NCBI GenBank assembly: GCA_963788655.1
Contig: CAWBHS010000062.1
Location: forward strand, 137,287-201,286
Direction: 5' to 3'
Length of the DNA stretch: 64,000 nucleotides
DNA from: an uncultured Verrucomicrobiae bacterium
GTDB taxonomy: Bacteria > Verrucomicrobiota > Verrucomicrobiia > Limisphaerales > JAFGQR01
The translations under genes were made by a program, and so were the position numbers. Shown here in pieces: positions 30,564 through 42,300 of the stretch (positions are counted from its first letter, which is position 1; every line of letters begins with the position of its first letter). The notes below the pieces were generated by a model, which worked only from the letters and a program-made list of their open reading frames with translations, searched no databases and had not been told where the DNA came from.

Positions 30564-31050
30564 CAACGTGCTGCCGGCGTCTCGCCGGCAGAAACGAATG
30601 CGGGACGGCTTTCAAATCCAGTCATGCCGGCCTCTGCTCGAATGCCCGGTTGCAAAACTGCCGGCAGGATGCCAGCAGCACGCTGGCGCAACGTGCTGCC
30701 GGCGTCTCGCCGGCAGAAACGAATGCGGGACAGCTTTCAAACCAGTCATGCCGGCCTCTGCTCGAATGCCCCGTTCCGAAACTGACGGTAAGCAAACGGG
30801 GCGTGGTTCATCATGCCTGCGACTTGGAGTGCGTCCGGCTTGCCGGCGCTTTCGAAGATTTGCCAATGGCCGAATCCTGAAAGGGGTGACTTTGGTTAAT
30901 CTTGGCGCGCCCGGAGGCAAGCGAAAGCGGGAGCAAGCTCCGCGCACTCCAAACGCTGGCGCGACTTGGCATGCCCGCACCCAAAATGCACGCCATCTGT
31001 ACGATGCAACCGGCATTCCCAAACTACCGGCAGGATGCCGGCAGCACGTT
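30564..31050. repeat. Composite tandem/nested palindromic repeat cluster
   Basis: About 83-bp unit duplicated at 30564 and 30689. Arms GTGCTGCCGGCGTCTCGCCGGCAG / CCGGCAGGATGCCGGCAGCAC. A TTGGAGTGCG-family pair sits at 30824-30960. Confidence 0.85.
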
Positions 31051-31123
31051 TCGAGGCAGGCCATCGCCCTAGAATGAACGACGTGCGTTGTTCTCCCTGA
31101 ACCAGCTTTCAGACCAACCGCGC

Positions 31124-31681
31124 TTACGCACGTTCCATGTATTTGCCGGTGCGGGTGTCGATCTTGATTTTCTCACCGGTCTTGATGAAGAGGGGGGCGT
31201 CCACAATGATTCCCGTTTCGAGGGTCACCCGTTTCATCACGTTGTTCGCGGAATCACCCCGCACGCCTTCCGGCGCTTCGGATACCTTCAGCACGACGCT
31301 CGCAGGCAGTTCGACTTGGACGACGCGGTCTTCCACGAACGTCACGGTCACGGCCGCATTCTCCACCAGGTAATTCACCGAATCCCCGACAATCTCCGGG
31401 GTGAGGGTGACGGTTTCATACGTTTCCGGATCGGAGAAAACAAAGTCGTTACCGTCCTTGTAGCTGAATTCCATCTTGCGGGTCATCATCGGCACCACGT
31501 CGAGGCGTTCCGTGGAACTGAACCGGACGTCCGACGATTTCCCGGTGCGAATGCTCCGCAGGGTCGCCTGCACAAACGCGCGCAAGTTGCCCGGCGTACG
31601 ATGCTGGCAATCCAGGACAACCGAGACGTCTCCGTTGTAGTTGACCGCCATGCCGCGACGTAAATCATTTGCTGATGCCAT
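31124..31681 (-). CDS. efp: Elongation factor P
   Basis: HRTPGNLRAFV loop, GVRGDSA, LETG...PLFIKTGEKIKIDTRTGKYMER. Confidence 0.96.
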   Translation of the reverse strand: MASANDLRRGMAVNYNGDVSVVLDCQHRTPGNLRAFVQATLRSIRTGKSSDVRFSSTERLDVVPMMTRKMEFSYKDGNDFVFSDPETYETVTLTPEIVGDSVNYLVENAAVTVTFVEDRVVQVELPASVVLKVSEAPEGVRGDSANNVMKRVTLETGIIVDAPLFIKTGEKIKIDTRTGKYMERA

Positions 31682-31782
31682 AATATCTAAAACACTTCCT
31701 CATCGTCCTGCTTCGTTGCGGACAATGGGACCGCAGAAACTAACGAAGCCAAACCTGATTTCAAGCCCGGATTTCGGCGAGG

Positions 31783-34700
31783 TCACGGCGGCGTCAGTTT
31801 CTTGATCGCGTCATAAACTTCCGGGGCGTCGGCGCTGCCGTTGAATTCGAATGGCACATACTGGTTTAAATCGTTCAACATCAAGCCCCAGGACGCGCCA
31901 TTCGCCACGCACAGTTTCACCACCTGGACCGCATCGGTAACGGATTTGTCGTCCTCGTTCACCACGATGGGCTTGCCGTATTTCTTGAGGGACTTGATTC
32001 GGTTAGGGATGTCGGTCAACCGGGTTCCGTTGAAATGAATCAGGATGAAGTCCGCCGCCTTTGCCACCGCGTCGGCCATCCGGCCATGGCCCAATCCGCT
32101 GGCGGAGACGAGCAATTCAGGCGCCGTGGCCTTGGCCAACCGGATCAACTCGACTTGTCCTTCCGGCGTGCGAATAATCCGATGGTCAAAGCCGCCATGA
32201 TCGTATTCGTTGGCAGTCTCCAGCACGACATTCTTAAACCCGCTGGATTGAATCCATTTCACCGCGTTCACCAATCCGGCGCGCACCGCTTCCTCGTTGC
32301 GCAACACCTGGTCCTGCCGCTGATAAAAGCAACCGAGAATGACGGCGACCCCTCGCCGATCACAGGCCTCGATGACCCGGCGCACACGCTGAAGATATTC
32401 CGTCCGCAACGAACCGTCGGGTGCGAATGCGGAATTCAACGCGCCTTCATAACCAGGCATGCCGCCTTGCAGGCAGAGCGTAAACGCGCGTATTCCGTGC
32501 GTCGCGTAATCGGGTATCTTCGCAATGAACCGATCCGTGTTGGCCTTGGGATCGAATTCCGGTTTGTGCCGATCTTCGAACGTGCTGTTCACCATCCGCA
32601 CATTCATCAACAGACCTTCGGCGCGCGAGCCGGGATAAGTGACCCGGCCATTGAGATGCCACTTGCCTTTGACGATGTTGATGTGCGTCTGCGGTTGAAA
32701 GTCTTTAGCGACGTCGCGGGGCTTTTCCTCGCGCAACATAACCATTCCCTTCCGTATGGAAAAACTGTCGTCGCCAGAAAACACCAAATGAACAGTGCGA
32801 CCGTCGGCGCTCATCCAGGGGGTGGGCAGATGCATGGATTCGCCCGGGCCAACGTCCCAGGCCTCGGTGGCGAACGCCGTCGTCCAGGGGCCCCACGGTT
32901 CCGGCGCATCGTAGATCGCGAAGCCACCAGCGAACCGTGTGTCCTCGCCCGCTCCCGTCTGGCACCAGAGATACCGTCGCAATCCGGCGTTGTAGGTGAT
33001 GCCCGCGCGATAACACTTGCCCGGATTGACGAAGACCGCGCCACGTTCACGAAGGTCTTTCGACCACACCGGTTGGCCGTCGTCGTCGCACCGTTGGAAA
33101 AACTCATAAGCGGCGCGTTTCTGGATGCGGTCTTGCGGCACCCGCGCCAATACAAAGCGGTCGGCTCGTTCGTATGCGGTGTTCGTGTCCGGCGAATACA
33201 CATACACAAACGAGTCGCGAGCGCCGGCATAATTGCGTCCGTAGTTCAAGAAAGTTGGACACCCAAAGCTCTCGGTGAATTTCCAATCCGCCCAGGTCCA
33301 ATTTGCGCTGTGGTCGGCCGACCAGGCCAGTTGCGCATTGCCTGCATTGCGCGCCCAAAGGTAAAGCACGCCCTCGACGCATAACAGACCGCTGGCTTTC
33401 CGGCCGCGGTTGCCGTCGCCGGTTTGTTCGAGCGAGGGGGCAGTCAGGTTTTCGACGGTCAAATCCTGCGGCATACCGCGAAATCGGGCCAGTCCCAGGC
33501 TCAGTTTGCGCGGCACGAATGGCTCGAAACCGCGCCCATCGCCATACGCGGTGTAAATCCAGCCATCGTCCGCCCACGTGGACGGCCAATTGTCGCTGCC
33601 TTTGGCGCGACGAATGATGGTTTCGGCCGGAGCCCATTGAGTATCGCGAATCACCGGGCTAGGCGAGGGGACGGTTGGCCGCGATGGCTGATCTTTGGCG
33701 GACGAACGCGGCCCATCCTGAACCGCGGCGGCGATCGGCGTGAGGAACGGCTTCAGCACATCGTAATGGTTGGCGTTCGGCGTCCGCTTCCACGACTTGC
33801 CAGCGCGCGACACGACAATGTCCAGGGAAGGCATCACCACAATGAAACTGTCATACAATCCCCACGACCAATAAGCATCCGTCGGCACACCGGCGAGTGT
33901 GCCATCAGCGTTGTTCCACCAGAGCAGTCCGTAATGTCTGGCAGCCTGGCCATAGGTTTGCGGATTGCGAACCGGCAAGTCCTTTACTCCGGCCACCGGT
34001 CGGTGCGCGAGGTCCACGTAACTGGTTGGCAGGATTTCGCGCCCCCGCCATTGGCCGTGACGCAACATGAGATAGCCGATCCGCGCCATGGCATCCACAT
34101 CGGCGCTGATGCCGGCGCCAAATTCACGCCGCGTGATGCCGTCAATGGTTGCCGGCCGGTAACTGTTCTTTCGCCAAACCAAATCGTGCCGCCGGATGCC
34201 GAGCGGTGTGAACACGCGTTCGAACATCAACTCGTCCACGTCGCGGTGATACGCCAGCGTGATGCACTCGGCCAGCCAGTTGGGACCGGAATCGCTGTAG
34301 TCCCATTGGGTGCCCGGTTTGAATAACAGCGGCGTGTAGCCACCCGGCTTTTCGAAGCCGGCCGTCTGGGTGGCCAGATGCAGAATCGTAATGTCGTCCA
34401 GCCAGCCGGTTTTGGCATTCCTCTCCGGCGGCACCCCCAACGTTGGATGATGCGCACGAGCTTTGTCTGCCAGCCGCAGTTTCCCGTCCTTCAGCGCCAA
34501 GCCAAGCGCGATGGATCCGAAGGATTTAGTGGTGGACTTGAGGTCGTAACGCTGCCGCGGATCACCCCACGCCATGACGAGCCGACCGTGCCGCGTGATA
34601 TATCCCGAACCGCCCCCAGTAAGGGCGTAGTCGCGCGCTTGGGCCAGCTTGGCAGCGTCAAGTCCCATTGCAGCGGGGGTGGCCTTGGGCCAATCTTGGG

Positions 34701-34791
34701 CGGGCCAACTGGTCGAATTGTTCGCAAGAGCAGCCAGACCTTGGAGGGTGAAGAAGCAGATTGCCAGCGAGCAATAAAGCCAGTTGATCAT
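31783..34791 (-). CDS. Secreted fusion: beta-lactamase-like serine hydrolase + DUF4185-like domain + GH-like TIM barrel
   Basis: SxxK (STTK) and YSD motifs; GSDNWPSTW...DAPEPWGPW domain; C-terminal GLLMNVRMVN...ANEY...VNED domain. Confidence 0.72.
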   Translation of the reverse strand: MINWLYCSLAICFFTLQGLAALANNSTSWPAQDWPKATPAAMGLDAAKLAQARDYALTGGGSGYITRHGRLVMAWGDPRQRYDLKSTTKSFGSIALGLALKDGKLRLADKARAHHPTLGVPPERNAKTGWLDDITILHLATQTAGFEKPGGYTPLLFKPGTQWDYSDSGPNWLAECITLAYHRDVDELMFERVFTPLGIRRHDLVWRKNSYRPATIDGITRREFGAGISADVDAMARIGYLMLRHGQWRGREILPTSYVDLAHRPVAGVKDLPVRNPQTYGQAARHYGLLWWNNADGTLAGVPTDAYWSWGLYDSFIVVMPSLDIVVSRAGKSWKRTPNANHYDVLKPFLTPIAAAVQDGPRSSAKDQPSRPTVPSPSPVIRDTQWAPAETIIRRAKGSDNWPSTWADDGWIYTAYGDGRGFEPFVPRKLSLGLARFRGMPQDLTVENLTAPSLEQTGDGNRGRKASGLLCVEGVLYLWARNAGNAQLAWSADHSANWTWADWKFTESFGCPTFLNYGRNYAGARDSFVYVYSPDTNTAYERADRFVLARVPQDRIQKRAAYEFFQRCDDDGQPVWSKDLRERGAVFVNPGKCYRAGITYNAGLRRYLWCQTGAGEDTRFAGGFAIYDAPEPWGPWTTAFATEAWDVGPGESMHLPTPWMSADGRTVHLVFSGDDSFSIRKGMVMLREEKPRDVAKDFQPQTHINIVKGKWHLNGRVTYPGSRAEGLLMNVRMVNSTFEDRHKPEFDPKANTDRFIAKIPDYATHGIRAFTLCLQGGMPGYEGALNSAFAPDGSLRTEYLQRVRRVIEACDRRGVAVILGCFYQRQDQVLRNEEAVRAGLVNAVKWIQSSGFKNVVLETANEYDHGGFDHRIIRTPEGQVELIRLAKATAPELLVSASGLGHGRMADAVAKAADFILIHFNGTRLTDIPNRIKSLKKYGKPIVVNEDDKSVTDAVQVVKLCVANGASWGLMLNDLNQYVPFEFNGSADAPEVYDAIKKLTPP

Positions 34792-34958
34792 GCAGTGTAT
34801 TCTGTCAGGAATCGCTGCCCTGGCAATCCGCAATACCTGCAGTGACACGGTTTAATGAAAACGCCGGGAGGTCGGATCGCGCGCGGATGTTATCGATTTG
34901 TCCTGAATCCAGAATTGCCCATGCGTCGCAGGCGCAACGTCGCAGTGGGTTTTGATAA

Positions 34959-35927
34959 TCACGTCACCGCCGAGACTCGTAAATCGCGCAAAGTGCTGAG
35001 GCCCACCAACGGCACCCCGCGGATTGGGCGCGCGCCGGTTTGTCGCTTCGCCCCGAACTTTTCCCGGTGCAACGCAAAGATCTCGTTCACAAACGCCTTG
35101 GATCCCAGCGCGACGCCGTCCGTCAGATGCCGCAGACGCAGGCGCAAGATTTGGCTCCGGCTCAACTCGCCGCCTTGGGCCAACACGCGTTTGATTTGTT
35201 CCCGGTCCAGCACGGTTTTACCACTTTGTCCCGCCACGCCGGCTCCCACCAACAAACGTTTCCTGTATTCCGTTGCCGCTTTCTTCCATTCGTCAGTCGG
35301 CAGAAAACTCAGCAATCCGGCTTGAGCAGTCTTGTTGCCCGCCAGGGCCGACGCGTAACCGCAAAAGCGATAGTCTTTGGGATCCTCCACTAATCCAGCC
35401 CGCACCGGATTCAAATCAATGTAGGCGGCCAGCGTCTCCACGGCATTTGGCTGATCTTCGACCAACACGCTTTTGAACCGTTCGGCCCACAGAGTGCCAA
35501 AGCGTCCGGATTGACGATTAAACCAGCGACTGAACCGCTGTTTGAGTTCTTTCATGAACGCGGACACGTCCCCCATCCGTTCCAGCATGGCTTGACGGAG
35601 ATTCTTGTCCACCTGGCCGTGATCCATCAGGCTTTTGCGGGCTAATTGAACCAAGACGCCCTGTTTGCCGTATAGCGATTCCAAGCGCCCCACCAACTCC
35701 TGGTCCGAAGGATTCTGACCTTCCGGCACCCGGACGAGGACATGGAAGTGGTTGGACATCATGCAATAAGTGATGACCTCCAGCCCGCAGAACGCTGCCA
35801 GTTGCCTGAGGATCGCAACCAATTTCTCCTTCCCGACATCGTCCAACAAGGGCTGTCCCCCGACAATTCGCGACATACAGTGATACACCGCCCTGTGCCC
35901 ATGGATCTTGATGCGTGCCATTCTCAT
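34959..35927 (-). mobile_element. HUH/Y1 transposase, REP-associated (RAYT/TnpA-REP)-like
   Basis: YHCMSR, YCMMSNHFHVL (HUH), LWAERFKS, YIDLNPVRAGLV; no tnpB next to it. Confidence 0.85.
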
Positions 35928-36320
35928 TGTTGGTCTTGAGCGTGCCACCCCATTGGCATTCGTGTCAATAACTTTGAACCTGTCACTATATCTATCATCG
36001 GCCCGTGATGGCCGAAGTGCCCCGGCGCTGAACGAGCAATTACAGAAACTGGGGTTGGCCGCGCTGTTCGCGACGCCGCCCAAGCCGTAGGATTGTAGCC
36101 CGACGAAAACGAGAAACTCGTCGGTTTGTTGGGCTTTTGGTAGTTCGATCAATGGAGTTAGGCTAAGGCTGCAGGATTCCCCAATCCCAAATTGGCTTCC
36201 TCCCGAGAAAAAGGAGTTGGTTTCGTTCCAGAATTATGATAATAGACTTAACCACACCTAGTTATGCTGTACGTTGTTCAATGCCCGCCGAGTGTCCGGT
36301 TTTGATTTGAGGAGTAACTT

Positions 36321-39300
36321 ATGAAGAAATCCAAAAGAATCCTGCGTTCCCTTCCCTGGTTTTCGTTAATCCTTTTCTTGGGTGCGGGCGGCGTAAACGC
36401 CGAGCCGATTCCCGGCTTGTTCAATACGGGCGTGAACGACAGCGGAGTGCTACTATCCGGTGGCGCGGTCGATGCGCATTGGCAGCTCATGCAAAGCGCG
36501 GACGGATCCTATCCGGGGCCGAACGCTTACGTTGTCAACGACGGCTGGCCTATTCAATCCGGCGTGTGGATGTTGAATGGACCGGACTCGAAATGGATTT
36601 CGGCGCGGGCGGACCAAAACCAGCAGGTGAATTCGGCATACGGCAATCAGCCGGGTGATTACGTCTTCCGTATCACATGTGACTTAACCGGTTTGGAGCC
36701 AAGTACGGCAGTCATTACTGGTCAATGGTCGTCGGACAACGCCGGAATCGATGTGCGCTTGAACGGAGTCAGTACCGGCATCAATTCCGACGGCAACTTC
36801 GGCGCCTGGACCCCCATGTTTACCATCGACAGCGGATTTCAGGAGGGAGTGAATGTCTTGGACTTTGTCGTCAACAATGCCGGCACCGCCGTCAATCCCC
36901 TCGGCTTTCGCGCGGAACTGAGCGGCACGGCGGATCCCGGCGCGCCTCCGGGCACGCCACCTTCTATCCTGCAGCACCCAGAATCCGTGGAAGCTGGGCA
37001 GGGGAGCGCGGTGTCCTTCAATGTCCGTGTTTACGGCAGCCGACCCTTTTCCTACCAGTGGCGCTTAAATGGCAATCCTATCTCCGGAGCGAACAGCTCA
37101 ACTCTGACCGTTCCCAGTGTCGGCGCGGCGGATGCCGGCGATTACGACGTGGTGGTGACCAATGAGTTCGGCGCGGACACGAGCGATGTGGCCATGCTGT
37201 CCCTTGTTTACCTGAGTCCCGCCCAGTTGACTTACGAGCCCCTGGGGCCATCGAGCCGGCGGACTGGGCTTGTGTTTTCGGAAATCATGTATCACCCGGC
37301 CAACCGCGCCGATGGCCGGAATGTCGAGTTCATTGAGATCTACAATTCCAATCCATTTTTCGAAGATCTCAGCGGGTATCGATTGTCGGGCGAAGTGGAT
37401 TACACGTTTCCGGTTGGCACACGCATTGAGGGATTGAGCTATTTGGTCGTGGCCCCGGCTCCTCAGGATGTCCAGGCCACCTATGGTATCGGTGGCGTGG
37501 TCGGTGGCTTTACCAATCGCCTGGCAAACAGTGGCGGCACCTTGCGCTTACAAAAAAAGTCCGATGCGATAGTGTTGGATCTCGCTTACAGCGATCAACC
37601 CCCGTGGCCGGTAGCAGCCGATGGAACCGGACACTCGATGGTGTTGGCGCGACCCTCCTACGGCGAACGGAATCCCAAGGCGTGGGAAGCCAGCGCGTTG
37701 GTTGGGGGGTCACCGGGGGCCCCCGATCCAGTGCCTTCGGGGCCGCTTGAGAATCTCGTCATTAACGAAATCCTTGCGCACACCGACCTGCCCCTCGTGG
37801 ATTATGTCGAGCTGTACAATCACAGTCCGCTCGCTGTTAATGTGGGTGGCTGTTGGCTGTCGGATAACCGCGATACCAACAAATTCCAGATTCCGCCGGA
37901 CACAATGCTGCCGCCGCGTGGTTTTCTCCATTATGACGAAATGGAGCTGGGATTTGGACTCTCAGCCGACGGAGAAACCGTTTACCTCTGGAGCCCGGAC
38001 CAACAACGGGTGTTGGATGTTCTGCGTTTTGATGGCCAGGCGAATGCGATTGCTTTTGGGCGATATCCCGATGGGGCCGAGGGGTTTCAGGAACTTACCG
38101 AACGCACGCCGGGCGAGCCAAATGCCCCGATATTGATCCGGGATGTGGAGATCAACGAAATCATGTACCACCCGATCTCGCAGGATAACGATGATGAGTT
38201 TGTGGAACTCTACAACCGGGGCGAGAATCCCGTTGACGTCGGCGGATGGCGATTCATGGATGGGATTGATTATGCCTTTCCACCCGGAACGAGCATTGCG
38301 GCGGACGGCTATTTGGTCGTGGCTCGGAATGCGTCCCGCTTGTTGACCAATTATCCGGGGCTTGATCCCCTAATCGTGTTCGGCGATTACGGCGGCAGCC
38401 TGTCCGATGCCGGCGAACGCATCCGTCTCGGCATGCCGGATTCGATTCTGGAAACCAATCTGGCGAACGGCACCATCCTGACCAACTATTTTTTCGTGGT
38501 CGTGGACGAGGTGACCTATGCGGACGGCGGGCAATGGGGGGAATGGGCTGACGGGGGCGGCAGCAGCCTCGAACTGATTGATCCGCGTAGCGACAACCGT
38601 CTGCCGACCAATTGGAGGGACAGTGATGAAACGGGCAAGGCGCCCTGGACACTGGTCGAACACACCGGTGTTTTGGACAACGGCTCGGGTACGGCTTCCC
38701 CGGAATTACAGATCCATCTTCAGGCGGCCGGCGAAGCTTTGGTTGATGATGTGGAAGTCTTCACGGAGGGCGGCGCCAATCGTATTGCCAATGGCACGTT
38801 CGAATCCGGCCCAAGTGGATGGTTCTTCCAAGGCAATCAACGCCATACTTCCCTGGAGACCTCCGAAGGATACCACAGTGCCCAGTCGCTGCACGTGCGC
38901 GCCACCGATCGAGGCGACACCATTAATCGGGTTCGCGCTCCGTTCACGTCCGCGTTCACTGCCGGCCCCACCGGCACCATCCGAGCGCAGGTACGCTGGT
39001 TACGCGGGCTTCCGGAAATTTTACTGCGAATGAAGGAAAACTACCTGGAAGCCGTGGGCAGGCTCGAGGTGCCGGCCAACCTGGGAACCCCCGGCGCAGC
39101 CAATAGCATGGCCGTCGCCAACGCGGGGCCGGCCATTACCGCGGTCACCCATCGTCCGGCCTTGCCCGCCGCCAATCAGCCGATTCGGGTGCTGGCTCGG
39201 GTGCGGGATACCGACGGCGTTGGCTCGGTCGTTGTGCGTTACCGCATCGATCCATCCACGACGTTGACGGAGATTCCCATGATGGATGATGGTAGCGAAG

Positions 39301-42300
39301 GCGATTTGGTGGCCGGCGACGGGATATACGCGGCGGTGATTCCCGCGCAACCAAATTCCACGCTGGTAGCCTTCCGCGTGGAAGCCGCCGACGCGGCTGA
39401 CATTCCCGCGGGCAGTCAGTTTCCGGCGGATGCGCCCGAACGCGAATGTCTCGTCCGCTTCGGTGAATTTGTGCCGGCGGGCTCGTTGGGCAGCTACCGC
39501 CTGTGGATGACTCGAGCGACGTTTGATTTCTGGACCAGTCGGGAAAAGATGAGCAACGAAGCGCTGGACACCACGTTCGTTTATGGCAATTACCGGGTCA
39601 TCTATAATACCGGTTCCTATTTCGCCGGCAGTGCCTGGTCCAGCCCGGGATATACCACGCCCTCGGGGGTATTGTGTGGTTACGATGTGCTGTATCCCGA
39701 CGATGAACCGTTCCTGGGGGACAACCATGTCATTCTGGATTGGCCCAATCGCGATTCAACTTTTCTGCGGGAGCATACTATGTATTGGCTGTTGGATCAG
39801 GCCGGGCTGCCGAACTTGTATCGCCGGAATATTCATTTGTTCGTGAATGGAGCCCGTCGCGGCACGCTCTACAACGATGCCCAGCAACCGGGCGGTGACA
39901 TCATCGAAGAATGGTTTCCGAACCATGCCGAAGGGGACTTGTATAAAACCAGTTTCTATTTTGAATTTAACGATGCGGGAGTACGCCAGGGCGGCACGCC
40001 CAATACCTTGGAACAATTCCTGACCACGGGCGGAGAAAAGAAGACGGCCCGTTACCGCTGGTGTTGGAAACCCCGCACGATTCACGGGAGCGCCAATGAC
40101 TTTGCGCCCTTGTTTGAATTGGTGGACGCATTGAACAGTCCAGCGGGCAGTTACCTTCCCGCCGTGGAACACGTCGTGGATGTGGAGAATTGGATGCGCA
40201 CCTTCGCCGGAAATGACCTCGCCTCTTACTGGGATGCGTTTGGTAATCCCAACTATAAAAACACCTACCTCTACAAACCAAAGGGAGCGGGGTGGAAATT
40301 AATCTGCTGGGATTTCGATGTGGGTCTGGGCACGGGAAACGGCGGGGGCCAATATCAGGAACGGTACGATGCGGCGCTGTTCGATACGGCGAATGAGCAG
40401 GCCATTGCCCGGATGAATAATACGCCTTCGATCGTGCGCCATTATTGGGCCGCACTGGACGAGGCGGTGCATAGCTTTTTTCAACCTTCCGCGGTTCAGG
40501 AGTTCCTGGCGAATCGCTATGCGGCTTATCAAGCCGAGGGGATTAGCACGGATTCGCCATTTGTGCCCACCGGCCAGGTACCCTCCGGTGAGCCGCAACG
40601 CTCTATTCCGGATTGGATCACCGTGCGCCGCAATTTCATTCTGGGCGAACTGGCCAAAGTGGACGCTGCTTTTGCCGTGAACGGTCCCACAGAGCTGACG
40701 GTGGATACCAACTTAATAACGCTTGGCGGCTCCGCGCCCGTGGCCGTGAAAACCATCACCGTTAACAGCACTGCTTACCCGGTAACTTGGACTACCGTGA
40801 GCAACTGGACCGTGCGCGTGGTTTTGGCGGCCGGCGAAAATAATCTCACCATCGAAGGGATGGATCGTTTGGGTAATCCAGTCGTCGGGGCGAGTGCGAC
40901 GTTGTCCGCGACCTTCACCGGCGCGGATGTTTCGCCGGTGGACGTAGTGGTGATCAATGAAATCATGTATAACCCGCTGGTGCCGGGTTCCTCGTTTATC
41001 GAGCTTTACAATACCTCCACGACGCATTCGTTCGACCTGTCCGGGTGGCGTCTTAATGGACTTGACTACACGTTTCCGGTCGGAAGCGTTATTACGAACG
41101 GTCAGTATTTAGTCCTGGCCAAGAACACGATCGCCTTGGTGAATTCACTGGGCAATACCGTGGCGGTGTTCGACGAGTTCAATGGGACGCTCGCCAATGA
41201 TGGAGAAACACTCACCTTGTCCATGCCGGGCTCAATTCCCGGGGAGGAAATTGTGGTGGACCGGGTCACCTACGATAACTTGCCACCGTGGCCCTCCGCC
41301 GCGAATGGTCAGGGACCATCCATACAGTTAATCGATCCCTTGCAGGACAATAATCGGGCGAGCAATTGGTCCGATGGCCAGGGCTGGCGGTTCTTCAGTT
41401 TCACCCGGACGTCCGGCTTTCAAACCAGTTCTCGGCTTTCGTTCTTCTTTAACAACGAGATTGGTGATGTGTATCTGGATGATGTTGCTTTAGTAGAAGG
41501 AGACGTGCCTGGCGCCGGAACAAACCTGTTGACCAATCCCGGCTTTGAGGATGGCTTCGATTCCTGGGGGATTGGGTATGTGGCTACCAATTCGGTGTTG
41601 GTTACCAATGATGCGCATTCCGGTCAGAACAGTGCGCATGTAATCTTCAATCCGGCTGGAGGAGGTACGCCCGTTCTCACGGCATTTTATCAGGATATTC
41701 CGGACGTCACTCAGTACACTACCTACACTCTGAGTTTCTGGTACAAAACAGGCGCACCAGGACACTCGTTCAGGGCCCGGCTGAATTCGACTTTCTACCC
41801 GACACTCCCAATGGAGGTAATGCAAGCAACTCCCGGCGCTGCGAACATAGGCACCGCAACGTTGCCGGCCTATCCGCTCCTCTGGCTCAGCGAAGTCCAG
41901 CCAAACAATCAGAACACCGCCTGGGATAACGCCGGTGAAGCAGATCCGTGGATTGAAATTCACAATGGCAGTGCGGCGCCCATCAGTCTGGACGGCATGG
42001 TCCTGTCCGATCAACTGACGGACCCGGCGGCCTGGGCGTTTCCGGCGGGCGCCGAACTGCAACCTAACGAATACCGGGTGATCTGGGCGGATGGCTCACC
42101 AGCGCAGAGCGACGCGGTTAATTGGCACGCGAACTTCCGGCTGAATCCCACCAACGGCACGGTCTATCTCTCCCGGATGCTCAGCGGTTCGCCACAGATC
42201 CTGGATTATTTGCACTACTTCGGGGCCGAAGCCGATCAGTCCTTTGGCGCGTATCCGCCGAACCAGAACAGCTACCGCGAATGGTTCTATTATCCGACCC

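Noticed and set aside
30564..30771. Possible CRISPR array
   Set aside because: Only two long units with near-identical interiors, no unique spacers and no cas genes; it is a REP-type duplication.
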